A stretch of 64,000 nt of DNA from Phoronis australis (taxonomy: Eukaryota > Animalia > Phoronida): assembly GCA_002633005.1 (NCBI GenBank), contig NMRA01000470.1, positions 1 to 64,000 of the forward strand. The letters run 5' to 3'. The notes under the pieces were generated by a model. That model did not search any database, had not been told where the DNA came from, and was given only the letters and a program-made list of their open reading frames with translations. Made by a program: the position numbers and the translations under genes. Each line of letters begins with the position of its first letter. Position 1 is the stretch's first letter. Positions 1-10,980 of the stretch are shown in pieces.

Positions 1-97
1 GAAGTCTTGCTCGCTGGCCCAGCGGGTACAGCAATAATAATACTCATTTCATCCACTATAATGACACCACTTTCAAGACATTATCACCATAACTTAC

Positions 98-3000
98 CTT
101 CTTCATCCTCAAACTTAAGTAATTCCAAAGTGGCGTCTCCTTCAAATGGACGGTCCAAGTCCCAAGTTACTCCATTCACCTTGGCCACAACAGTATTGTC
201 AGCCAGACCCTGACTGAAAATAAATACAAACTGAATCTTGATTTGGTTAAGAAAAACTGCCAAGTCATGAACATAGCAGTGACAACAGTGCAATATGGCA
301 AGATGGAGCCTCATATATATAAATGCTACTACCATATTGACTAAAGACTATTATCATCAATCTCTCACCACCACAGCCCTCAACATCCAACATCCTCACG
401 ACCTCATCAAAACAATACAAAATCAGATTCACCATTATAGTCGTCATCATTGTTAACACTTAAAACAAATCCAAACAGCCCACTAATACAGACCAATACA
501 ACCACCATGACAGTATTCCCCCAATACCCTCACAATCACTACATGCTAAGTACCTGATGCCTTTGGCAACATCATAGGGAGTGGTGTTCCAGGCCTCTCC
601 CTCCACCACCTTACCATCTGGTAGTGTAACCTTGATAGGGGTACGTGGCTGTGCAGACACCCAGTCGTCGTACTCTTTCTTCAGACGATCCCACATCTCT
701 AGTCGTGACTGAAGGAACTCTGGAGGGGGGTCCAACTAAGATCACAGATTAGTCAAAAAGTCATTTTTTAATATTACTAATAACATGTTTTTAATTACAT
801 TTGATGGAGCCAGTGAGAAACAGACCTTAGTTCACAATAGTAATCAGCTAGCCAGCCAAAACTTGATATTAAGTCTTCGAAATTGATTGTGATGACAAAG
901 GTACGTTAGAAGCAAACAGCAAATGTCAAAATTACTTTAAACTGATTGCTGTTTGGGCTGTTGACAAGCTCAAAATTGTGATTTGTCAAAGTTAATATTC
1001 TGTTAAAGTGGATATGAACCTGGTGCATTCTGTTCACAAATCATACTTTTGATTTAGACCGCATATTACTAGAAAAATTGGTCTGAACTCGTTCCTTACT
1101 CAGATGAGAAGCAATTTTTTGGGTTAACAAAGAATTGAAAGTTCGTTAATCTTTGAAACCTTCCCAGCGTATAAAATGACACGCAGTGACAAGCAAAGAT
1201 GTAGAGCCTGTTCTCAAGTAGTAATAAACTGTCAAAGATTTGAAATCACCTCTAACTTCACCAGGGTAGAATTTGAGTCCGTTTTCACAACAGCAAGTTA
1301 TATAAACCAAAAAAAGCTTGACTCTTGCAATGGAGGACAAGTTTAGAGCTGCTTTCAACTTCGCGTATGATAATGAAGTAGCTAAGTAGGTCATTTCAGG
1401 TCACCAAGTAAACACCACTGATTGGTTAATGTGTGGTGAACTGGTCTACACTAGTCAATGAAAAGCTAGGTCACATAGAGCAACTTCTTGAATCTCTGCT
1501 TCCACTAGGGAAGCCACAGTAGGCCCTAGTGCTGAAAGATATAGCTAATATGACGGAAACAGAAAGTCATTTAGAGAAGAGAACTTAAATTTTACTACTG
1601 ATTAGTAAACTTACTTCCAATTGGTCCTTGCCTCCTCCCTTGTGTTTCTTCCCTCCCTTCTTTCCATCACCACCTTCCTAAATAAACAATAACAAGGCAG
1701 TCACAAACCAGTATCATCCCATATGTGTTGGACACCTCTACCGGGAAGACCAATGAAGAACACTTCCCCACAAGCCAGTGTCCTTGGCAATAGAAATTCC
1801 AACCTCAACCGAAATTCTTATTTCGTGTATATGACTTGAGAGGTCTGAGACATACATTTTTACAGTAGTGAACATTTAACTTTGGACAAAGGGGGATGTG
1901 TGGGCTTATAAATACAATCGAGGTGGTTCGATAAGCAGCTCTGGCTGAGTAGATACAGTGAGGTACAACTATGAATACGAGCATCACGTGTGACTGGATA
2001 CAGTGGATACTCCACAATACGACACTATACAAAGGCTACAACATGTAATGGCTAAACCAATCAAATTAGACAGACACATGTACGTAAGTGAATTCCAATA
2101 GTTCTAGGAACAAAAGTACTAGTAATCATATTCTCCGAGAAAGTAAAGTAAAACCACATCTTGAAGTTATGCAATAGAATGACTCGACCTGCGACATCAT
2201 GTTTTAAAGTGTGTTCACTAAAACTGGTGATACATAAGACTTTCTTTTCAGTGACTAATGTGAACAGAACAGTTGCCTGATTTTAGCACAACACTAGATC
2301 AAGATACTTTAACTAAGAATTTGTTTTAAAATTAGTTTCTTTTATCTGCAAAATTAAGGTTATTGAGTTTAAAAAGTGAATGCACAACAAAAACTTATCC
2401 AGCTGTCCCCGCAAAGGTTTTGTTATTGAAAAATTTCCTCAAATTTTCTTAGTTGTGTTTGACAACAAGATACAAGTCAATTCAACACTAAACATCACTA
2501 CAGCAAAAGTCTCAGTACACCAAGTTGTCCACACCTTGGTGCATGGCACTGTGCACACAGTGTATGAGTATTTAGCAAGTTAGATGTCATTGTGAGTTGC
2601 CACTGTAGCCTGATCTATAATTTTATCTCTCCACAATGTGCTGCAATTGAAAGTATTAGATTCCCGTTAAATTGCTTTTGAGAAGCCTGTTTTGAATGAG
2701 CAGCAAACAGGGTTGCGCCACACGTTACACTTGTTTGCGTGACTTCAGTTCATGTTACCCCCCCTTCATTAGTCATTCTTTGCAGTATTTCACACCCGCC
2801 GTGTCCCACTGTGTGTGTCATCATCTTATGCTCTGCGGTGGCATTACTGCGACATTTTATTTTCACTTGAGAATGAAACAAGAATGTTTCGAAATATCGT
2901 GTCGCTAGGTCACTTACTTTATCTATGTTCAGTTGAGAGAAGAGTTTTGTTCCGAAGGTATGAACGTAACGGACTAAAGACTGTCAACAACAAAAACTTG

Positions 3001-6000
3001 CTCCCGAAGTACAGCCAATTTTAAACTCTATGCACAATCAAGTATTCAAACCTGATGCAGACAAATCAAACTATACGCCGCTAAATTCAGACCCACTAGA
3101 GCAAGGAATCAATACAGGCTACAAAGAACACTAAAAGAATTTGTGCAATTCAAGAATTGGAAATTTTCAGAAAAATATGGTCGAACCAAAAATGCCAAAG
3201 GTATGCCCACTGACTGCAGCATTTTGTAAGAATACTTGAATGGTCAGTCGAAATCTCGTTTGTAGGAGCAGTTGAAACCACTAGTCACGCGGCATTCATA
3301 TTGGAAACGATACGCCATATGTCTGCGGTTCACACATGTGCAGATAATGCTCACCTAGATAGGACATTTCAGGCAATGAAAATGCTCGAATGGTACAACA
3401 GTTGAAACTGAAAAGCAAACCTCTTATAACACTAGTTTACTGTACTCACTAAAAAATATAGACAGTGACCACTGTCTCTAGTTAAACTACAGACGGTGGA
3501 GCTCCTATAGGCGCTTCATACACTGGAAGATTTTCGGCGAATTACGCCTCACACTGATTAAAAAATCAAAGTCATGTTGTCTTACGTAGCTTTTGCGCAT
3601 AGAGGAACACCTTAGGAGGCCGTCGATGTACTTCAATTCCTTCCAACTCGACGAAATACTCCCATTATTACACTTTTTCTTTGAGCAATCCCTCATTCAG
3701 TTCCCAAATTCAGTAACTCGCCATTTTTAACTCTGCATGGCAGGTGGTATGACATTATAGCCCCTGGCATGCGTGGTGTCCCTCTATGCGCTAAAGGTAC
3801 TTATAACAACGTGACCTTGATTTTTTAATCAGTGTGAGGCATAATTCACCGAAAAGCTTCCAGTGTATGAAGTGCCTAAATGAGCTTCGTCTACAGTTTA
3901 ACTATAGAGACTACAAAAAATAGACACCTAGATTCTCTCCTTTGCACTGAGTTAAGAAATAATGTATACCCTAGACCGCCCACCAGATGTCACATCAAAT
4001 GAAAATTTTGTTGAGTTTGGAATTTCCATCACAGAAAACACCCTTAGCCTCTAGATCAATGTTGACTTATTTTTATTAGGATAGTCAGTAGGTAATGCGA
4101 ACTGCAATTTTCAGTTTTGATGACTTCAGACCTAATTTGGTGACATGGGATTTTTGCCAAGTCGCCAAATGTGACTTGACATTATTCAGAAAATATTAAT
4201 ATCAAGTATGTACATTAATGGAGTCGGATACAATAACCTTAACCAGCAGTGTGAGGGATAATTTGCCGAAAAGCTTCCAGAGCATGGAGGGCCTATGGGG
4301 TGGTCTCTATTGGGGTCAGTTGCGACGGTGATGTCGGATGATGATGGGTAGGCAGGCAATTACATTGCCCTGCAGGGCTCGACGCTATTAAAATCGCCAG
4401 GCCACATTTTGCGACCTAGCCAAAATCCCAGGTCGCATTTTCAAAATCCAGCTCGCATTCGTAAATGCCAGTCGCAAAATTTTCCCGCCATTTTTACGCG
4501 CCAAAATAGATTTTTTAGATCATCAAGAAAATGTTTAGATTATGCTCTTACCTGCAGCGTTAAATGCTCACAAATTTCGGATCTCAAAATTGACTTCATT
4601 CATGCAGGTACGGCCTTACTTTTCTTCACGACCGCCATTGAAAGTCTCTAGAGCGCAAGACAAGTTGCCGATGTGAAAGTTGAATCAGTGCTCTCTAACT
4701 AACTTGTGCATTCGAGTAGCTAAATTTGCGATGTGAAAAGGGAGAAAATGCCCGTTGAAAAAGTATCCGGGATTTTGTTAGATCTGGCCTNNNNNNNNNN
4801 NNNNNNNNNNNNNNNNNNNNNNNNNNNNNNNNNNNNNNNNNNNNNNNNNNNNNNNNNNNNNNNNNNNNNNNNNNNNNNNNNNNNNNNNNNNNNNNNNNNN
4901 NNNNNNNNNNNNNNNNNNNNNNNNNNNNNNNNNNNNNNNNNNNNNNNNNNNNNNNNNNNNNNNNNNNNNNNNNNNNNNNNNNNNNNNNNNNNNNNNNNNN
5001 NNNNNNNNNNNNNNNNNNNNNNNNNNNNNNNNNNNNNNNNNNNNNNNNNNNNNNNNNNNNNNNNNNNNNNNNNNNNNNNNNNNNNNNNNNNNNNNNNNNN
5101 NNNNNNNNNNNNNNNNNNNNNNNNNNNNNNNNNNNNNNNNNNNNNNNNNNNNNNNNNNNNNNNNNNNNNNNNNNNNNNNNNNNNNNNNNNNNNNNNNNNN
5201 NNNNNNNNNNNNNNNNNNNNNNNNNNNNNNNNNNNNNNNNNNNNNNNNNNNNNNNNNNNNNNNNNNNNNNNNNNNNNNNNNNNNNNNNNNNNNNNNNNNN
5301 NNNNNNNNNNNNNNNNNNNNNNNNNNNNNNNNNNNNNNNNNNNNNNNNNNNNNNNNNNNNNNNNNNNNNNNNNNNNNNNNNNNNNNNNNNNNNNNNNNNN
5401 NNNNNNNNNNNNNNNNNNNNNNNNNNNNNNNNNNNNNNNNNNNNNNNNNNNNNNNNNNNNNNNNNNNNNNNNNNNNNNNNNNNNNNNNNNNNNNNAAACA
5501 CCGTTGTTTTGTGAAGTTTTATCACGTGTTAAGCAGTGGCCCGAAACTTTCTTCGGCGAATCCGGGAATTTACAAAAGTGGCCGAAAGTGTTAGCCAATG
5601 AAACGCGTCAAAGATCGATTCTGCATATCCCATGTTCACGCGACTTGCTTACAAGTCATCGGGAGGGCTGTTCTCGGTTAGTGTTCTTTTGAACTTGGAT
5701 TTGGCAACAGCCAAATAACGGTCGGATTAACAAGAGCTGCTTTGTATTTGCCAGGTATCTGTTGAGAAGTGTAAAAACTCAGCTCGAATTCGTTGGAAAT
5801 TCCAGGTCGCCCCATTTTGCGACTTGATACGAGCTGACAAAAATCTCAGCTCGCATTTCCAACCTGCAGCTCGTTATGTCGAGCCCTGCCCTGGATGACG
5901 TAGGCATACAGGGGCGATAGTACATCCCCACAAAAAGATACGAATTTCAAAATACAGGAAATAAAATCTAATGAAACATACACATATGCACATGGGGTTA

Positions 6001-6955
6001 TAATTAACACGTACCATACATGTAAGTCTGGAGATGATCCAGTCAAGACGACTTGAACTAATCGATGAAAATCTGTCGCGGTTTGCTCGAGTTTTTCTTA
6101 CTGGGTGCCATTTTGAGGAAGTTACATGAAATCACGCATGTTGACGACTAAAAAGTCCAAGGGACACAAATCTTACAAATTTCACCTGATACCTTCTCAA
6201 CAGTGTTATTTTGCAAAGGTCACGCGCTAGCGTCACGCGCTTCGCTCAGTCTCACGCTAGCCTTTGCCTAACTCACGTGACTCAGTTGACATACTTTGTG
6301 GTTATCGCGCGCGCTAAAAAGTTAATAGCACCCAAAAAAGTGGAGATATGTATAGAAGTAGAAAGGATCGACCAATGATGAAAGTAAGCGCTTTTTTAAA
6401 TGATAGTTTTAAGTGTGGAATTTGTTTAGACGAAGTGAAAACTCAAAATCGGTGACTGGATTTGGGTTACCGCCCATTAAAAATACATGTAACAAAATGC
6501 GTACAGAAAGCGAATGGAAGTATTGTAGCCCCTAAATGGCCAACCGTGTTGCCTAAATGCCTGGGACTGGGTAGGATGTTAGGCTACCCACATCGTCATC
6601 GGAGGCTGCAAAGCTGCATTGATACTGCACTTTCAAAAAGAATTTGCTTTGAGCTTTTCTAAAGTAAAAAAAATAGTATTTCGACGGGATTAAAAAAAAT
6701 CAAATATGAGGATGATGCAATGCACTGTCAACAACGGTTAGAAACCCGAAACAAATTACCGGCGTTAAAGTTGCCATTGATTTGCTGAAATTAGTCACAA
6801 ATCTCTTGGCAAAGCCCCGGATGCAAAACCTTGATAGCATAGAATTTTTTAGCTAAAACAAAACCGTAACTGCTCATTCAAAAATAGCCAATGCTTCATG
6901 CCTTTTTCTCTCCTTCCATGCTCAGGTTTCTCACGCCTTGTTCAACGTCGGCCAT
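98..6955 (-). CDS. TARS1: Threonyl-tRNA synthetase, cytoplasmic (5' exons only; gene continues beyond the left edge)
   Basis: Exons 6955-6902 ([18 protein letters not shown], inferred, GC donor), 1677-1615 ([21 protein letters not shown]), 735-554 ([22 protein letters not shown]...[27 protein letters not shown]) and 213-98 ([39 protein letters not shown]). Phases are consistent and the peptide matches the N-terminal extension plus TGS domain of eukaryotic ThrRS. Confidence 0.93.
2630..3010 (+). repeat. Interspersed repeat family A (non-autonomous DNA-transposon-like), copy in TARS intron
   Basis: The core TTGAATGAGCAGCAAACAGG...TGCAGTATTTCACACC...CACTTGAGAATGAAACAAG...TTTCGAAATATCGTGT recurs at 8655-8815 (-), ~15790-16280 (-), ~16420-16880 (+) and in the duplicated block 18190-19490. 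Confidence 0.8.
3475..3911. mobile_element. MITE / foldback element with ~110-bp imperfect terminal inverted repeats
   Basis: GTCTCTAGTTAAACTACAGACG...TTCATACACTGGAAG...CCTCACACTGATTAAAAAATCAA is inverted relative to TTGATTTTTTAATCAGTGTGAGG...CTTCCAGTGTATGAA...CGTCTACAGTTTAACTATAGAGAC. A partial third copy lies near 4248-4300. Confidence 0.75.
4373..5888. mobile_element. Non-autonomous hAT-like DNA transposon spanning an assembly gap
   Basis: 11-bp TIR CAGGGCTCGAC / GTCGAGCCCTG, with CCCTG on both flanks and subterminal GTCGCA/CTCGCA repeats. The interior is partly N. Confidence 0.6.
4791..5495. other. Assembly gap (N run)
   Basis: Run of N. Confidence 1.
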
Positions 6956-6982
6956 CTTGCCACGAATGTCACTGCGCATGCT

Positions 6983-7408
6983 GTACGTGAACTAGGAATC
7001 CTGCTTAATCTCAAGATTAAGTGGAAGTGACTCTTGCGTGAACTTGGAATACGCGAGGCAACTTGACAAGTTTACTCAAATAATCACGTTCATGTTCATA
7101 AAAATTTGCACTGCACTGAATCAAGTTACATTTGAATAAAACAATGTTAATTTTAACCAACCTTTTCAACTACGGGCGATCAGTTTCACCAAACAATAAT
7201 CGATTTAGACATTCACATATTCCTCCGGTTCAGCGACACAAGTTACAGTAAAGGAGAAAACGGTTGATTGCAAGGTGAATAATTACAAAAATTCTTTTCA
7301 GGGAACAAAAATTTCACCTTTTTGCCTCAAAGAATATTCGATTCCAAGTTCACGCAAGACTCACTTCCGCTTAGTCTTGAGATTAAGCAGGATTCTAAGT
7401 TCATGCAC
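6983..7408. mobile_element. MITE with ~65-bp TIRs immediately upstream of the TARS start codon
   Basis: GTGAACTAGGAATCCTGCTTAATCTCAAGATTAAGTGGAAGTGACTCTTGCGTGAACTTGGAAT (6987-7050) is inverted relative to ATTCCAAGTTCACGCAAGACTCACTTCCGCTTAGTCTTGAGATTAAGCAGGATTCTAAGTTCAT (7341-7404). Confidence 0.8.
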
Positions 7409-7411
7409 ACC

Positions 7412-7477
7412 TAGGCAATGACCATCGCCTCTGTTGGCCCGAAGCTTCGGGCCAACAGAGGCGATGGTCATTGCCTA
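7412..7477. mobile_element. 66-bp perfect palindrome flanked by a 9-bp direct repeat (mini-MITE)
   Basis: TAGGCAATGACCATCGCCTCTGTTGGCCCGAAG|CTTCGGGCCAACAGAGGCGATGGTCATTGCCTA, with ATGCACACC at 7403-7411 and 7478-7486. Confidence 0.88.
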
Positions 7478-7650
7478 ATGCACACCAAACTCGCAGCTTG
7501 ACCAAGCGCAATCAGATGGCGCTGCTGAAACGGATTAGACGTCAGACTTGTGAAGATCGCCGTTAGTCACGCTATATCAGCTGAATTGCTCAGCTCGAGG
7601 TTCACTCCGCACTCCCGTCTCCTCAACCTGCCGTGATCACTGCACCCTCA

Positions 7651-8190
7651 ACTGGAAATGTACGTCTACCCAAGCTGGAACTACCTCGCTTTTCTGGCTG
7701 GCGACCGATTGGACTTCCCCGCATTCTGGGACATGTTCTCCGCCATTATTGACTCGAATCACTAGCTTCCAGTAATTCAAAAACTTCGATATTAGTTTTC
7801 GGTGATTGATGGACCTGCCAAAGAAGTTATAAGTGGACTCACCCTCACGCCAGAAAATTATATTACTGCAAAAGAACTTCTCACAGAACGCTACGGTTCA
7901 GTAACTAAGCTCAATGAAAGCCGACATCTTCCGTTCGCTTCAATCTCTGCCCGCACACTCATCCCAAGAAAACTTTGGACACTTTTACGCACACCTGGAA
8001 AAAGTCCTTCGCACTCTTGACTCGATCCTTATGGTAACAAGGACTTTCTCGTTACTGTTGTGTTAGACAAGAAATACAGCGCAACATAGCACGCCACAAT
8101 AATGGAAGTTTAGAACTTAATGCGACCTTGCCACTCTGCGCGCATATCTAAAAACTGAACGCGATATTATGGAGACAGGTAACCACCATC
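7651..8190 (+). pseudogene. Degenerate BEL/Pao LTR-retrotransposon gag fragment (DUF1759-like)
   Basis: VRLPKLELPRFSG/(frameshift)DRLDFPAFWDMFSAIIDSNH*LPVIQKLRY*FSVIDGPAKEVISGLTLTPENYITAKELLTERYGS is the typical Pao gag signature, with stops and a frameshift. The right boundary is approximate. Confidence 0.85.
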
Positions 8191-8654
8191 AGAACCAACC
8201 GTTCCGTTACTAAGCTCTACCAGCTCGAAACAAGTGAAGTCTCCGTTCCGAATCCGGCCACCCACCGACACTACAATCTACATCTGATTCGGCCTCAACA
8301 TATCGCATCCTCCACGACCACAAAGACGGGCAGCTCTCCAAGCTCGTCACAATATACGACGTTGGACAACTGATCCATTCGACCACATTATGTAATTTTT
8401 CATACGTCCCCCTTTTTCACATGTTTATAGTACCAATTTCTTATTCTAGCATATTTCTCGTGTTAATTCTAGCATTGTTCATTGTACATTTATTTTGAAC
8501 TGACTGTACTTCGGGATAGATACAGAATTTGTTAAATGCACGGCGACACTTCATTGTTCAGTCTTTATTCCGTTACGTTCGTACTTTCGGAACAAAATTC
8601 TACTCTCAACTGAACATAGATACAGTAACTGACCTAGCGACATAATTAAAAGAC

Positions 8655-8815
8655 ACACGATATTTCGAAACAATTACTTGAATGTTTCATTCTCAAGTGA
8701 AGATAAAATGACGCAGTAATGCCACCACAGAGTATAAGCTGACGACACACACAGTGAGACACGGCGGGTGTGAAATACTGCAACGAATGACTAATGAAGG
8801 GGGAAAGTCACGCAA
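8655..8815 (-). repeat. Interspersed repeat family A fragment
   Basis: Reverse complement of the 2740-2900 core (ACACGATATTTCGAAAC...CATTCTCAAGTGAA...GGTGTGAAATACTGCAA). Confidence 0.75.
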
Positions 8816-9291
8816 ACGGTCTATAATTGAGCAAAAAAATTGTAACAAAATGCAGGTTCATACATGTAGCTGCAATGACACAAAAATTTTGACATAATTG
8901 GCCGGGAACTCCCAGATGAATACAAGCATGCGCCATGCGACAGGACAACTTATAACTAAATACGGGGTAGTAGCAAAGTATGCGACGGATGGTTATTATA
9001 ACTAACACAACAAAATGTTCCGTGAAATTAACATACGTTCTAAGTTAATCAATTAATCTATTGTACACCTGTACATGAGCTTGTAATTGGAGAACAGGTA
9101 CTACGACAAAAATTGGGCATGGGCTTATTCTCGAGTGGGTGGGCCTGAACATGAGAAAGCGCCAAAAGTGGAAGGGAGGCATATTAGTTAACTCGCTTCC
9201 ACAAAACGACAAATTAAATCATTAGAATGCAAGTCATTTATTACTGCAAATAAGAGGTGGCAGAAAACCGACTGAGGACTGACTGCACTGC

Positions 9292-10980
9292 AAACAAGAG
9301 CAACGCGGAGCGTTGAAATGCGCCCACGAATGCATCGCAAGAGGTGTGCTTTTAGGGTTGTTTATTTTTATCATAAAAATGGCCACTAGATGACACAAAA
9401 ACATACAATCCATCCAAAAACAGGATCACGCCACATTTCATAAAATCTGTCAAGGAACTTCAGAGAAACAAAGGAAAACAGAACACAATAAAATTGCCAC
9501 TTGTGGACACAGCGTCCGTTCGATCCGCCTGAAAGTCGTCGTCTGTTATCTTCACATAAATTCACTTACTAAATTTAATAAAGATCCTGCATTGGATTTT
9601 GGAGTTACAGTTACTTGCGAAAAACAAAACTACCACTAGGAGGCGCCACAGTAGTCAGTCGCTATCATCAAACGTCCACTTTACACTGAAAACATATAGG
9701 CCAATTTGTAAAACCATCCCCAGAATGATTTGGTTGATGGAGGGGTGGACGCCAAAAACAAGATTTGAAAACAGCAAAAATGGCCACCAGGCGGAGCAAA
9801 GTACCACGATTCCATCTAAAAACAGGATGATAATGTCATATCACCAATAGATGCCTATATTCAAAAATTGAGGAAAATCTCAGCTGTTCAGGACCTTTGA
9901 AGATAGAGACTGGTCAACATAAAACACTAAAATTGCCACTAGGGGCCGCACAAAGGTCCGAAAGTCGTCGTTGTCCGTTTCAACATCATATAAATACACT
10001 TGCTAAATTAAGTAAAGATCCTGCAAACAGTTTTAGGAGATACAGCCACGAGCGCAAAAAAAACAGAACTGCCACTAGAAGGCGCTGCAGTACTTGAAAT
10101 CATCGTCAGCCATCCACTTCGTAGTAAAAAAACATGCCAAATTTCACAGTTATCCTGAAAGCGGTTTGGTTGACGAGTGGACACCCGGCAAAAACAGTAC
10201 AAGTGGCCACTAGGTGGAGCAAACAAGGTCGAATCCATACGAAAACGGAGGGATAGCATCACCTCATTAACAGATGCCTGCATGCTAATTTTATAAAAAT
10301 ACGTTGAGGGCCTTTGAACATACAGAGGTAAACGTAAAAAAATGAAATTGCCACTAGGTGGTCAGATCCGTCCGAAAGTCGTTGTCGTCTGTTGTCAACG
10401 TCATATAAATACACTTACTAAATTTAGTAAAGTTCCTTCGAACGGTTTAGAAGATACAGCCATAGGCGCACAAAGGCTGCCACTAGGAGGCGTCACTGTA
10501 GTCGAAATCGTCGGAAAATCATCGGCAGCCGTCCACTTCATAGTCAGAACATACGTGTCAATTTCCACAATAATCGTTTTATTGGTTTGGTAGATAGAGG
10601 GGTGGACGCAAAAAATAGACTTGAAAACAGTAAAAATGGCCACTAGGTGGCACAAACTACGTTGAATCCATCCGAAAACGGGAGGACAGCGTCAACTCAC
10701 TAACAGGTGCCTATATACCAAAATTGATGAAAATCCGTTCAGGATTTTTGAAGATACAGAGGTAAACGTAAAAAAAAAAAAAAATTGTCAATAGGGGGCA
10801 CACCGGTAGTCGGATCCGTCCAAAAGTTCGTTCATGTCGTACCATCCACGGAAGGAATATATGTGTACACAAATTCATGAAGATACGTCAAGGCGTTTTA
10901 GAGATAGAGCAGCGGACGCCGGACGGACGGAGATGACCGGCATAATGCGTCCACATATAAATATGTGGGCGCATAAAAAG
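9292..10980. mobile_element. Helentron/HINE-like non-autonomous element with an internal ~400-430-bp tandem array
   Basis: Starts AAACAAGAG. Repeat units begin near 9381, 9782, 10205 and 10638. It ends with a GGAC microsatellite (10913-10931), the hairpin TGCGTCCACATAT-AA-ATATGTGGGCGCA and an A-tract. Confidence 0.7.

Noticed and set aside
1768-1779. CCACAAGCCAGT, complementary to a conserved large-subunit rRNA segment as I recall it
   Set aside because: Only 12 nt, on the strand opposite to the host gene, with no adjacent D box, so probably chance.
4695-5692. Long ORFs of 276-319 aa
   Set aside because: They consist almost entirely of X from the N gap.
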